Assembly (NCBI RefSeq): GCF_009914755.1
Contig: NC_060940.1
Source: the human T2T-CHM13v2.0 reference genome, Homo sapiens
DNA length: 64,000 bases
Strand: one strand, 5' to 3'
Within the stretch, counting starts at the first letter, position 1. Each line of letters starts with the position of its first letter. The notes beneath the pieces were generated by a model, which searched no databases, was not told the DNA's origin, and saw only the letters and a list, made by a program, of their open reading frames with translations. The position numbers and the translations under genes were made by a program. Shown here piece after piece: positions 36,001-52,609 of the stretch.

Positions 36001-36890
36001 CCTAAGGTTCTCTGTTGTGATTGTCTTACTGGGGCTTACTATAAACTACATACCACATATTTTCCCACCACTGATACCTAATACTGTAGAGTTTGATGGA
36101 TTATCTAGTCAAAGTGGCAGGATGACTTGTTCCAAAGACTAGATGGTTTGATCTTTTTCCTGCTCTTGTCTCCATTCCAAACATTTAGAACATCCCACTC
36201 TCTTTACATTTAATTCAAGTAGATTGTCCTGGTTCATTTGGGGAAGTACTGTGGGGATCAATATTGTGTAACTTATTAACATTCTGTAGATCAGCTCCAC
36301 CCTTCCATGGCCAACTGGATCTTACCATGTATTATTATAATTGGTCTCACCTAAATTCTGAAGCTGCCTGAACTTTTTGGGGGGGATCCTATTATGCCTG
36401 ATGGTATCAGAGTCCCTCATTTTATAATGGCCCTTCCTACCATGTTTTTTTTTTTTTTTCCAAAGGTATGTTGTCTCAACTGCTAATAAGATTTGACAAT
36501 GGGACGTTATTCCGCAGGGCATCTGTGCTCTACCAACAACCAGTGATACATTTCTTATTGCCAGATACATGGTAAATTATTCACCTTCTGATTTTGCCTT
36601 GTCACCTTCTGAATCAGACCATGTCTAATACCAACTGTCACATATTTGGTTCTTTAAAAAGCAGCCTCTGAGTTAAATTTGTCATGCAATATGGTCATTA
36701 ATGAGTGCTCTAAGGATCAGCACCTGTGGAAAGGAGGGGACGAGAAAACAGAAGCAAAGGCACAGGAAGTCAAGTTTCAATGCAAACACAATAATAGCTT
36801 CAGCTTACCCAACAGGAGTTCCTGAGTCATAAGAGTCTCTAGAGCTTTCCCATTTGGGCCAAGATTTGGTCTGGTGTTTATCTGCAGAGG
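33014..36890 (-). mobile_element. Degraded two-LTR ERV-L provirus (LTR16A / ERV3-16A3_I-like): 5' LTR ~36636-36890, internal pol remnants, 3' LTR ~33014-33470
   Basis: Two same-orientation LTR16A-like copies (aagcagactgtgagatggagattagcttgcag / aagcagcctctgagttaaatttgtcatgcaa); PBS-like gttggtattagacatggtct after the 5' LTR; hand-translated pol pieces EYPTTECQVTMKLKLPFISWVLS (35850-35918) and SAWYMDRSHKWKADAP (~35566-35613) resemble the ERV-L connection/RNase H region. Confidence 0.8.
33953..34412 (-). mobile_element. MLT1C-like MaLR LTR nested in the ERV-L internal region
   Basis: tattagtttgctagagatgcagcaacaaagtagcacaaaatggg...ggcttgtagatgcatcaccc...tattggattagggcccaccc...ggggttaggagctcaacat. 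Confidence 0.85.
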
Positions 36891-37074
36891 CTGCACATTT
36901 AATCTCTGTGCAATAAATCTCTAACATACATGTAATTTCTTTAAATCATCTTAAAATGTTCTGCCTACTTTAAATTACTTATTACTATTATATTTAGGTT
37001 TAAATAATTAGTCATTCCTTGGTGATAATTATTGTGTTTAAAGAAATGTTTGTTGTTAATAAGCTTGTTTACTT

Positions 37075-40000
37075 TTTTTAATTATTCTTTTATTTTAGGT
37101 TCAGGGGTACATGTGCAGGTTTGTTACATGAATAAATTGTATGTTGTAGGGATTTGGTGTACAGATTGTTTCCTCACCCAGGTAATAAGCACAGTACCCA
37201 ACAAGTAGCTTTTTGATCCTTTACCTCTTCCCACACTCCACTCTCGAGTAGGCCATGGTGTCTACCATTCTCTTCTTTATGTCTGTGTGTACTCAATGTT
37301 TAGCTCCTATTTAGCAGTATTTTGTTTTCTGTGCCTGCCTTAATTCACTTAGGATAATTGCCTCCAGCCCTATCCATGTTGCTGCAAAGTACATAATTTT
37401 ATTCTTTTATATGACTGAATGGTATTCCATGATGTATATGTACCAAATTTTCTTTATCCCATCCACTGTTGATGAGCACCTAGGTTGAGTTTATGTCATT
37501 ACTATTGTGAATGGCACTGCAATGAACATACAAGTCATGTGTCTTCTTGACAGAACAATTTATTTTCTTTTGTATATATACCCAGTAATGGATTTCTATC
37601 TCCAAACTGCTTTCCACAGTTCACAGTGGCTGAACTAATTCACATTCCCACCAACGGTGTGTAAGCATTTCCTTTTCTCTACAACCTAGCCCGCATCTGT
37701 TATTTTTTGACTTTTTAATAATAGTCATTCTTACTGGTGTGAGATGGCATTTCATCGTGGTTTTGATTTGCATTTCTGTAATCATTAGTGGTGCTGAGCA
37801 TTTTTTCATATGCTTGTTGAGTGTCTATGTGGTTTGTTTTTTGTTTATTTTTATTTTTTTGAGAAGTCTCTTGTTCATGTCCTTAAGAAAATTTTTAATG
37901 TGGTTGGTTGTTTCTGATTGTTAATTTAAGTTCCCTAAGGATGCTGGATATTAGACCTTTGTCAGATGCATAGTTTGCAAATATTTTTTCCTATTCTGTA
38001 GGTTGTCTGTTTACTCTATTGATAGTCTGTTTTGCTATGCAAAATCTCTTTAGTTTAATTATATTCCACTTGTCCATTTTTGTTGCAATTGCTTTTGGAG
38101 TGTTCCTCATGAAATCTTTGCCAGGGTCAATGTTCAGATAGTATTTCCTATTTTTAGGTTTTACTTTTAAGTCTTTAATTCATATTGAGTTTATATTTTT
38201 TACATGGTGAATAATAGGGGTCCTGTTTCATTCTTCTGCGTATGTCTAGCCAGTTATCTCAGCACCATTTATTAATAAGTTACTTTTTCATTGCTTGTTA
38301 TTGTCAGCTTTGTTGAAGAGCAGATAGTTGTAGGTGTGTGGCATTATTTCTGGGCTATCTATTCTGTTCCATTGGTCTATGTGTCTATTTTGGTACCAGT
38401 ACCATGTTGTTTTGGTTACTGTAAACTTGTAATATAGTTTGAAGTTAGGTAGTGTCATGCCTCTGGCTTTGTTGTTTTGTGTAGTATTGCTTTGGCAATT
38501 TGAGCTCTTTTACAGTTCTGTATAAATTTTGGAATAGTTTCTTGCCCTTCCTCCATTTCAGGGATTCAATGAGTAACAGATTTGGTCTCTACATAATCCC
38601 GTATTTCTTGGAGGTTTTGTTCATTGTTTAAAATTCTTGTTTTCTTCATTTTCGTCTGAATTAATTCATTCAAACTCTGAGATTCCATCCTCAGCTTAGT
38701 TTATTCTGTTGTTAGTACTTCCAATTATATTATAAAATTATTGTAGTGAGGTTTTTAGTGCTAACAGATCACTTTGTTTCATTCTTAAAGTGGCTATTTA
38801 GTCATTCAGCTCTTGAATCATTTCATCAATTTCCTTATATTCCTTGGATTTAGTTTTAACTTTCTCCTGAATCTTGATTATCTTCATTGTCAAAATTCCT
38901 GTCAGTCTTTTCAGCCATTTCAGTCTGGTGAAGAACCATTGCTGGGGAGCTAGCGAGGTTGTTGAGAAGTAAGAAGACACTCTGGCTTTTAGAGTTGCTA
39001 GAGTTCTTGCACTGGTTCTTTCTTACCTTTGTGGGCTGATGTTCCTTTTACTGTGGCCTAATTTGAGTATGATCAGTTGGCTTCATTTCTGGATGTTTTC
39101 AGAGGGCCAAGGTTTTGTGCAGTGTCTCTATTTGTGACTGAATTCTTACCCTTGATTTCACAAAGGGATATATTAGCAAAGTATTTTTGGTGGTGTAGTT
39201 TGGGCTGAGATCCGGTAGATGGTGCTTAAGAGTAATGGCTGGTAGATAGGCTCTTAATCAGCCACGTGACTCCCTTGTGTTTCTTCACCTTTGGAAGCCA
39301 TGCTCCCTTTCAGTTCTCTGAGGGTGTGGGTTCTTCTCCGACTCAAGTTCTGGTCAAAGATCATGGCTTGGCACTACCAGGCTGCACACTGCATCCCTGG
39401 AGCAAGTTCAGGCTTTTTGTTCCCTCCCTAGCTTGGGAACAGCATGGGCAGAGACATTGGCAGTGGCAATGACACAGGGCCTGGCACTTGCCTCTAGGAG
39501 CTCCACCCCAGAGAAACACAGAGCCACTGCTAACTGGAATGATCAGCTGTGGGTGGAGTGGCTGTGTTGTAGGCTCAAGGTGGGGTCCCTGCCTAGTGAA
39601 AAGCAGGTGGCTCAGGAGGAAGAGTCTGACCTCCTCTCTGTAGGGCAGCTGTGGCATGCTAGAAGTGTAAAACACCCAAGCTCTTTTTTCTTTCCCCAGC
39701 CTAGTGGCAGCAAGGGCAGGTACCATAGCCATGGTAGTGGTACAGGGACTGTAATTTGTGCTGGGAGCTCTACCCCGGAGAAATGCAGAGCCACTACCAA
39801 TGGAATGTTCAGCCAGCGGTGTGGTGGTTGTGCTGCAGGCTCAAGCCGGACCCTGCCTGATGAAGAGCAGCAAGTAGTGGGGCTCAGGGAAAAGACAGTT
39901 TTGCCTCCTCTCTGTAGGGTGGTTGTGGCATGCTGGAGGTGTGAGGAGAGCAATCAGCGTCTTTGTTTTCTCCCTAGCCCGGGGGCAGCAAGGGCAGGTA

Positions 40001-41011
40001 TCACTGTAGCAGCAATAGCAGAGAGCCTGTCAGTTATCTCCAGGAACCTCGCCCTAGAGAAATGCAGAGCTGCCACCCACTGAAGTGAACAGACAGGGGT
40101 AGGGTGGCTGCACTTGGGGCCCCGGATGGGAGGCCCTTCCCTGTGAGGATGACTAGCAGGGACAGGGAACAGTGTGGAAAATATTCTGGTCACTTTTCCT
40201 TCTGGTAGCTGCGGTTTGCACTGTAGGCCTGAGACAGTTCTTGGGCTCTTTGATCCCTCTGCAGCCTGAGGACAGTAGGGGACAAGAGGAGTGGAGGGGA
40301 TGAGGAGGGGAGATGTCACTGCAGCAGCAATTATAGCAGGCCTATCAGTTACCTCTTGGATCTCTGCCCCAGAAAAACAAACAGCCATGACCAGCAAGCA
40401 TTTAGGTGGTTCAGGCTGGCTCCGCTGGGGTCCCAGGCCAGTGGGCTTTGCCTGATGAGGTACAGCAGAGGCAAGGCCTGCAGTTCATCTTCTCCTCAGC
40501 ACTGTGGATGTGGCCCCTATCCTGGGGGCATGTAAGAGAGTCCTTCCTCCCTAGTTGATGTGGTTATGGCAGCTGACACCAAGGTTCTCAGGGATTCAAG
40601 GATCTTGGGGCTCCATGGGGGCCTGAGCAGCAGCTTTGGAGGCTCAGTCTCGATGGAAGCTATGGGGGACGGGGGCTCAGAGAGGATCTCCCATGCCCAG
40701 GATCGCAAAGGTCAATGGCAGAAGTGTGGGGCCCTGGGGACTCTTGATCACTCACTATTTCCCTGCAGTGGGGCCTCCCTTGGTTTTGGACCAATCCCTG
40801 GTGGACGGCTGTTTTGCCCTGCTCCTCTCTGCTCTCCTTGTTTCATCATTTGCTTCCTTGATGCAAATTCATCATTGCTTCCTTGATGAATCCCAATGTG
40901 CCCTCCTGGACAATCCACTTGAAGACCTGTTTTTATTCACCACTCTATGTCCTCTCCATGATAGCTGCACAAACTAGCTACTTTTAGTCAACCATCTTGG
41001 TGCCAAGTCCC
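37075..41011 (-). mobile_element. L1PA15/16-like LINE-1 with complete 5'UTR, start of ORF1, large internal deletion and ORF2 3' end
   Basis: 3'UTR ggttcaggggtacatgtgcaggtttgttacatg...cacccaggtaataagcacagtaccc; ORF2 zinc-knuckle-region frame 37621-37809; jump to ORF1 at ~38545; GC-richer repeated 5'UTR 39.2-41.0 kb; 5' terminus caagatggttgactaaaagtagctag. Confidence 0.85.
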
Positions 41012-41519
41012 ATAAATTTTTTAAAATAACTTCGGGCTCTATTCTTTTAGAAACAGATAGGATTATAAAACAATACTTGTAAATATTTACATATTTATTA
41101 TTTACTATTCAATAAGATATAATATGCTGTTATCAATTATAATTTTTTTAATGAACAACTAATTAAGCCTTTAATCATCAGCCATCCATTTTTTTCCTCT
41201 ACTGCACATTGATTTGGTTATTCTTCAACATTTATGAACTTATCTACATGGACCGTAATAGTAAAAATGAGCCTCACCAGTTTTTTTACTTTAAGTGTTA
41301 CACTTTCAATCCTGCACGTTTGAGTGCTTACTAGAAAATATTTTTAGTGCTTGCTGTGCATCAATACCTTTGCCCATCACTGATGATCCAAAGCTGAAGA
41401 GAGCAAATTCTAGTCCTTGATACTAATAATGTTATTATATTCTGGGGGAGAAACAGTTGAGTAACTCATTGATAATAATGCTCTGTGATCACTGTTATGG
41501 TTTAATAATATTCATTCCA

Positions 41520-41695
41520 GATAATTAAATATATATTAAATATTTAAATTTATAATAAATAGATGTTTTATATAAGTATGTAAAGTTATATGTATTTATG
41601 CATGTAAAACATGTATAATTATATGTAACCCTATATAATTAAATATATGTATTTAATATCTATATCTAATTATAGACATATATTTCATTTATAGT
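41520..41695. repeat. AT-rich low-complexity tract
   Basis: ataattaaatatatattaaatatttaaatttataataaat... almost no G/C. Confidence 0.75.
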
Positions 41696-41734
41696 TCCTT
41701 AATTCAAAGTGACATAGGGGGTAACTCCATCTTT

Positions 41735-42198
41735 GAAGCAAGTTCACTGTGCACTGGTTGCCAACTTATCTGAGTCTAGTGATAGAGAACACATAGGCAG
41801 CAAGTTACATGAAACAAATTTATTTCTTCCAGATACACAGCAAGAGACAATAGAAGCAGAGGATTCAGGGCGAGCTGTTTCTCCAAGGCTAGGGAAGCTA
41901 CTTGAGGCATTTGGAGACTTGATTGAATGTGCCTTACTTGGATCACAGATGAGGGACCTGAAAGTGCAGCCTACCTTGGGCTGTATACCTCAGGCGAAAC
42001 ATGAAACACTGGACCAAACACTGAAGGACATTCTGTTGCTAGAGGGCCCTGAAGCAGAGCTAGGGCTGTTCCAGCGAGTTACCCTCCTATCTCAAGACAT
42101 TACATTCTCAGTGCTTTCTACATTTATCCTTGAGAATTACAAGTGAGAAAGAGGAGAGAATGAGTCTGTTCAAGGCCTCCTGGAGAAGTTTCCTGAAC
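41735..42198 (-). mobile_element. ERV-L LTR, LTR32-like
   Basis: gcaagttcactgtgcactggttgccaacttatctgagtc...caagttacatgaaacaaatttatt...aaggcctcctggagaagtttcctgaa; ~465 bp; AATAAA on the minus strand at ~41820. Confidence 0.65.
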
Positions 42199-43379
42199 CA
42201 TCTGATTTGCTTAAAATAAAGATTCTCTAATCTTTAAATATTTGATCAATTGTTCTAAAATTATGTTTCTTTTATATGATTTTGGAGGCTGTGTGTATTT
42301 GTCTTAGTGTTTATTAAGAAGAAAATCAGAAAATTGGGTATCATTTTAATTCCCACATTTGCCTACCTTTCAACAATGTTGAAGTGCTAATAAATATACT
42401 ATTATATATATGTATATATACATATGTAATGCTAAATGAAGGAGAAATTTTTTATACAAATGTAGTTTCTTTAAAAAATGAAAAATGCAGACTTTTTTCC
42501 AAACTCAAAAAAAGTAATTTCTCAGATTTAAATATCCAGGTATTCAGTATTACTATTTTATTGCTCAACTGTTTATTTTTATTAATGTATTTGACTATGA
42601 AATATCTGTGTAGATTGAAGAAAAATAATAATAATGCAACTGTTTTAATATGTATTTTAAACTTCAACAGAACATTATAGGAAAATCAATGCAATATGGA
42701 ACTAAGAATTAAGACTTGTTTCTATGTATATTTAAGTCACTTATTTGTAGACATAAAAAATACAATTTTTATAACTATGATTGGAATTGAATCAGGTCTC
42801 ACAAACTTTACCATAAAGATATCTAGAGAATGTCAGGTTTAGAGTGGTTTAGAGACCAAATTATACAACTCTACTTGGTTCTAAATTAGAACCTGAATTG
42901 CCAACAAGGCTTTTACTAATGTAAAATAAAGACTCTATGGGGAACAAAATGAAAGATCAGTGATTTTATCTTGATTAGCAAATCTTCAGACTGTCACCTA
43001 GAAGTGTGTTGGATAGCGTCAAAATACCCAGAACTAAACAATTTTGACTAGAACAAACAAACAAAAATCTCTGCAAAATTGTTTATTTTGACTGACTTTA
43101 TAGTTATATAGGAATCTCAATTGGATTAAACATGTGCTTTTTTCTGAAACCAAATTTAAGTTTGGCTCTTAAATATTAATTATGATATCTATCTTAGCAC
43201 TTATATTAACACTTAAGAAGAAATTAGTTTCTGGAGCATAATCAGTGAAAAATGATGGAGAATGCGTTTTAAATTGAAATACAATGTGCTCCTCTAGGAA
43301 TAAACATTCCCATTTCTTTAAAAGATAAGACATTTTCCGGTTTCAAATTCTCCAGCTCAGTTAATGGTTTCTACTTTGT

Positions 43380-43680
43380 ACATGCAATCTCAATTCTCAT
43401 CAGTTAAATTTTCATATCTCTGAAATCTACTCATTCTTTGCTATAGCCCTTTTCTTGATTCAGACCCTCATAAATTCTCCCTTGGATTGCTGCAATAGCC
43501 TCTGAACTGATCTCCCTGACTCTTTTGGCCCCTACATCTGTAGGTACTCCACATGGCAGTACATATCAGACCATACACTGCTATGCATGATGCCTTTCAG
43601 AAACTTCTATGATCTAAAGGTTAACATCCTGATATTTGTATGTAACTTATTTCATAATCTGTTGCATTTCCAATAACTTT
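43380..43680 (+). mobile_element. L2 fragment
   Basis: ttggattgctgcaatagcctctgaactgatctccctgac is a classic L2 segment. Confidence 0.7.
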
Positions 43681-43689
43681 TCTATATGA

Positions 43690-43912
43690 GTCCTAAAGTG
43701 GAGCCACTCACAGCCTGAGTTCTTATCCCCTTTCCCCACTCATCAGTGATGTGATTTTGAAAAAGTTACCTAATATGTTTGTGCCTCAGTTTTCTCATTT
43801 GTGAAATGGTTATAAAATGTTTTTGACACACAGTATTTTGGGGGAAGATTAAATAAATACTACCACAACTTACATAATGATAATGATAACAGTAAAAAAT
43901 ATTTAGTAAGCA
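43690..43912 (+). mobile_element. MIR
   Basis: aagttacctaatatgtttgtgcctcagttttctcatttgtgaaatgg (MIR core). Confidence 0.8.
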
Positions 43913-44044
43913 ATGACTTAACTGCTTGGTACAGTTCAAAGCATTTTATATGCCTTTATGTGGAGTTCCTCAAGTATTCATTTGTCTCTCTCAAATCTTA
44001 ATACCTTTCTACAGGTTGTATTTTCTCTATGAGGTGATTTTTCT

Positions 44045-47019
<2,975 letters not shown>

Positions 47020-49729
47020 TGATTTTTCTACCCTTATCTAACTGGATGATTCTAATACATCCTTTGCCTGATGCCTTGTGAGGCAGAGTGAGAATCCTTT
47101 TTTCTGATTTCATCATCTAAACTTTCTACTTGTTGTCTTGAAGCTACTTTGGTTAAGAAATATACTATGCACTCCTAAGCAGTGAAGATGTTCTCTTTTC
47201 TCTGAGTTCTCAATATTTAGTATGGTTTAGAATCGATAATGACTATAACATAAATTATTAACTGGATAAACAAATAAATGATACAAATCCTAATCTTTAG
47301 CAAATGTAAATATTTTCTGAATTTCATATTATATTGAAATTAAGAGAAAGAGAAAAGAAAGGTCAATTTTATTCAACAGCTATACCTTAGCTTTCATTTT
47401 TTAAAAAATCTTAGGTATACCCTATTTGATGCATGCTTCTTAGTATGCACAAGGTAATAATTCAGAACATTTCGAGGAAATCCTACTAAACAAGAAATTA
47501 TAACGTCACACCCCTAACAACAAATACAAAATAATTTCACACATAATCACAACTTCAATTTAGATCTCTTTAATGGACTCTTTCTATCCTTAAAGGCTGT
47601 GTGTGAATATGATAATTTATTTATTATGGCATAAAATTTAACATGTAGAGACCAAAACTATGTGGCACACTGGATGGCAGATTTGTGGTCTGTGCTGTTT
47701 CTCTTCTCTAAAATATGTCCAAATTTTGTCAAAGAAATTTTGAAAGTTGCTCAAACATTGTAGCAGCAGTGCAATTGGCAAAATAACAATAATAATTAAA
47801 CAAATTGAAGTCAAGTTAGATATATTCAAAATTTTAAACATACTTACCTATTTATTAGTACATTCCAATTCTGTGAATCCCACTACTACAGAAATAGTTG
47901 CTATAGCACATTAGCATATAAGGATATATTTATAAATATATTTATGAAAGTATTTTTTGGGAAAACTACCTGAGGCAACCTAAAGGTACATTAGATTGGA
48001 GACTCTTTAATGAAAGTTTTCTTTTGTGTTATTTTGTTTATATCACACTTAGCAAATGCTGCCTATGATCCTCTTACTTCAGTAATAAACATTATTAAGA
48101 AAATAAATCCAAGGCTAAATGTGTAAAGTGAAGTAAGTTTCCCCATGAAATCTTGAGCAAAGTCCTAGTAATGCTCATACTCTTAGGTATTTCCAGAGCA
48201 AGATCTCTGATGAGCAGGAGGCAGATCCAGACACATCTTATTGCATAAAGCAATGCCTAGAGAGAAGCAACCCCCAAATCCAAAAATTACATTGACAATT
48301 CAGGAGAGAAGGGAAAAGGGAAAGTAAAAGAAAGAGAGACGGGGAGACAGAGACTGAGTTAGTTCTCCCCACTCACACCAAAAGCTCCATCTTCTATATT
48401 TGTGTTTCATTTTTATTCATGCCCCACAATTAGCATCCTTCTTTGGAGAAGAATAAAGTAGGAGAGATGGAGAAGGTGAGTGTAATTTCCTTACTGAGGC
48501 CAATACACTTGACATTCATTGTTGGTATTAGCGTGGAGGTTGAACCTAGGAGATTCAGGCTCCTCTCCTTTCCAACATCATGAATTTCCATTCTTAGTAC
48601 TAAAAACAATAAATTTTGAAAAAATTGTAATAAAAAAATTAACATACATAAAAATAATTTAAATTCTACTTTATTTCTATTAACCACTGTAATCTTGTCC
48701 TCACATTCTAGCTCAAACTTCCTTCACTTAGAATTTTCTGTAGATGGGGTCCTTATTAAAATTTAAGACTAGATTGAATCTTGACAACCACAGAGCATCA
48801 CAGTGAAATGAATTCCGTAATAATTAAGCCCCTTTGCATTTATCACATTTACTTTATCAAATACAAATGAGGGGAATCATTACCTAGCAAAACAGAAAAA
48901 TCTGGAAGTAATTCATACACGTTTAAGGCTGGATTTGGAAAAGTAAGGGTTTCTCAAGGAAACTTCTATTACATTAAATCATACAATTGATCCTGAAAAA
49001 ATAAATATTTATGTCATTATATTTTATCACAAAATCTATATTGTTATGGAAATTGCTGTGATCAGTGGTAATTTGCTTTTTTTTTGGTATTTACTCCAAA
49101 GTTACATTACTGTCACTGCCAAAGGGATGTTAGATTTGGTTAGTAGCTCCTTATCTTACTAGGCTTTACCTATAATAGGCATTTAAAAAGGAAAGAAATA
49201 TACAACAAATATGTACCCATATAAATCCAAAACAATTTAAAAATAGGAAGGAAATATAAGTTTATTTTTAAGCCATGACTTGTATCTAAATAAGGACACA
49301 TCTTCAAATATCCTAATGAGTTTTTTAAGAACTGAGTTATTTGCAATGTAATAAAAAAAGTCTGCTAAATCCTGTCTTTGCTCAAAACTTCCAAATCTGT
49401 GGATTCCATTAAAAAACAAATACAAAAAGACTAGGTAAGACTTTGCATTATGTTAATTAATTAATTGTATAATAGGGGCTGGGGACTGTATAATGTGAGG
49501 CCAAACGATTTGAATTTCTTTAATTCTTTTTTCATAGTTTTCATAGTTCCCCAATATGACCATAAAAGTAATGAAGCTCTGATGAAATGTGCATTAGTAT
49601 AATATCCTGACTAAATCCAAGTTAATATTCTGTCCATGTTATGTTTTCAAAATTGCCTTTTCACTATAGTGAAGAAAGCCTCGATGACATATTTGAAGAA
49701 AAAATGAGAATGAGCTGATAGTACCGTAG

Positions 49730-49905
49730 AAGTGTTGAGTTCAAATCTCAGGTCCGTTGTTTCCTTACTGTGTGACCTTGGGAAAGATTAAATAATATTT
49801 CCAAAACTAATCTCTCTTTACATGGTATTTAATTTATCTCGCTGAATGAAAAGATGCAGATGCCTGTTTCAGTGTCTGCTATATAGTAGATAATCATTAA
49901 ATATT
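49730..49905 (+). mobile_element. MIR fragment
   Basis: tgagttcaaatctcaggtccgttgtttccttactgtgtgaccttgggaaag. Confidence 0.65.
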
Positions 49906-50390
49906 CGTGCCTCTCCCAATGGACACATTCATCTTATGTCAATATTCTTAACACTTTTGTTTTTATTCATATGAATGCCTGCCAGCATTCGATATTGCAG
50001 TGTAATAAGATTTTCTTTAGCACCATTTTTAGACTTATCAAAATTTCAAATTTTTTATCCTTTTAAGAGTTGTTAATAGTGTGAGCTCTCATAGTGAATG
50101 ACACACAATTACTTTATTAACATATTAGGACAATATCCCTGCAATGATATAAATTCACCAATTTATATTACTTAGAAATTACTTTTTAAAGTTAATTCAT
50201 TTAAATTTTATTGGTAAGTTTACCCAGAGAATCTAAGTAGACAGTTCTTCAATTGAAAAAAAGTGTTCCATACTATATTTTTTTTTGAAAATGCATCTTT
50301 GAGTGTATATTCCTGAAATTTTGAAAGTGGTTCTCCTCTGAAGTTCTTTATAGAAAATTGAGTGACTGCTTTAGATAGATCATATTTATT

Positions 50391-50562
50391 TATTTATTTA
50401 TTTTATTATTATTATACTTTAAGTTTTAGGGTATATGTGCACAATGTGCAGGTTTGTTACATATGTATACATGTGCCATGTTGGTGTGCTGCACCCATTA
50501 ACTCGTCATTTAGCATTAGGTATATCTCCTAATGCTATCCCTCCCCCCTCCCCCACCCCACA
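50391..50562 (-). mobile_element. Short 5'-truncated L1PA2-4-like 3' end
   Basis: (ttta)n tail, tactttaagttttagggtatatgtgcacaatgtgcagg...cctaatgctatccctcccccctccccaccccaca; possible TSD atttatt (50384-50390 / 50563-50569). Confidence 0.9.
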
Positions 50563-52609
50563 ATTTATTATTAGTTGATAAAAGAAAATGTATACCTGTA
50601 ATAGTGATCTGTAGCTCTAATTCCAAAACCTGTTACTCTGTATTGAGAGCTTCACTAAGAATGACAAATTGTTAAAGTGTATTTGCCTCTTTTTTTAACA
50701 CATAAATCCAAAATGAATTTGCTCATTTTATTAAAACTTAAATTTATTCCTCAAAATTTTCCATGCATTTACAAAATATAAGTTGCATGTGGAATATGTA
50801 AACTATGACATGTTGATATGTGTAATGTTATAAAATAGATTAGTTTCGAGATATATAGTATTGACTTGGAGTTATTTAGATATGAGTGGGTTTTCTTCTA
50901 AAAAATGACTCCAGAAACAAAATTAACTGGACCATATCTGTCAATTTGATAAAAAAACTATAGTGACAGACTTAAAAAACCTATTTTATTTTAGCCAACC
51001 CTGAAATCAAGGCACTTGCTTTTGATAATTCTGTCTTAAAATAAGTTTGTAGTCAGAAAAATTTAAAACTCAAAAACAAGTTTTCATTTTATGTGCCTTG
51101 TTTGGTGTTTCTAATAGTTCATACCTGTTACTTGATAAATAGTAAATACATTATTCTTTATCGTAACCTAGAATTCATTCCACAAATCAATTAGAGTGAA
51201 ATATTGTTTTTTATTTTATAATTTAATTAATTTTTAAACATGTTTTATACCATGTTAGGTATTTATTTTTCTGAAAATTTTGTTGTGTTTAGTTTTGGCA
51301 TTTTCTTAACTAATTTTCTTATAATAAAATTGAATAATATACGCTTATCATGTTAGAAACAGAAATGTAAATACCTTACAATTTTCCCTAAGTGATACCA
51401 TTTATGTTCCTATGAGAACTCTCTTACTTGTTAAGACTTCCATATTTAGGAATGTGTGGGGTGCGTGTGTGAAAATATGTGTATTGTGTGCACTGTGGAT
51501 GGGGTTAGAGAAGGAATTAGAGCAGTAATCCTGATTTTCACCTTAAAAGCTTCTCTTTTTTATAAAACTACATGAACACACATATACACACACATAAAGA
51601 CACATGAGTAAATGTAACTGAGGTAACTGGTACCTGCAGAGGTAAACATATTGACATTGCATAACAATATCGATTTTGTCTCCCAAGTCTATACCTTTAT
51701 ATATATTTAACTTTGAAATAATGTTGGAAATGTGGTCTTTGAGGATCTTGATCAATAGTTCTCAGCCTGGTGATGTGATAATGGTATTAGTAGTAGAAAT
51801 AAATATAGAAAAGGAAGAAAGGATTTGGAGATAAGATAACTGGTTTTAGATGTGGTATAGTGGAAATAGCCCTGCTTTAGGATGCTGAAAATTTTTATTT
51901 TGTTCTTGTTCATGCTGCTGACTAGTTTTTGACTTTGGCAATGTCACTTCTGTGTTCTGTCTCAGTTTTTTTATATGTATTTAACAGTATTAAAATATAA
52001 CTCTATAGATCTTCAAAATTTTATAAGTCAATGATTTATCATTGGTCAGTAATTTTATTTAATAGGCACATGGGTGCATTGTTTTCCATTTGTCTCCAAC
52101 CACTTGTTAAATGTGAGTCAGTTGCATTGGCATGGCTAAATTCTGAAGGATAATCAATAATAAGTGAAAATTGTTAATGAATCTACCATATAGCCCATTA
52201 GGTATTTTGCGATGCAACAATGTTTAAATATTATGATTAGTAATATTCTTTTAGTATCAGGAGTTGTGATGAAGTAAGCAGTACTCATCATTAACAACCA
52301 TCTCAAATTAGGTAGCTCCCATTTTATATATATATAGAACATCAAGGAAATAGAAAAATTGAAAGCAACTTGTTATTCCACTTTGCTTTCTGAATTCAAA
52401 TACAAATCCAGGATTAGAGCATTGGTGAGCTTAATCTGAAGTAGTTTTGTGACCCTGAAATATTCCCTTCTAACTCAGCACTTTGATTATGCACAGTGTT
52501 AGTGCTCAGTACATACATTCTTCATAAATGGCGAGTCAGAAACCTTGAACTTTTTACCTAGTGTCCAGTCTTCCTCTCATCTATATCAACTTTACCTAGA
52601 TTTTACTCA

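Noticed and set aside
41733-42146. 137-aa ORF with globular-looking composition
   Set aside because: Coincides with the antisense strand of an LTR32-like LTR; TTG start; no recognisable motif.
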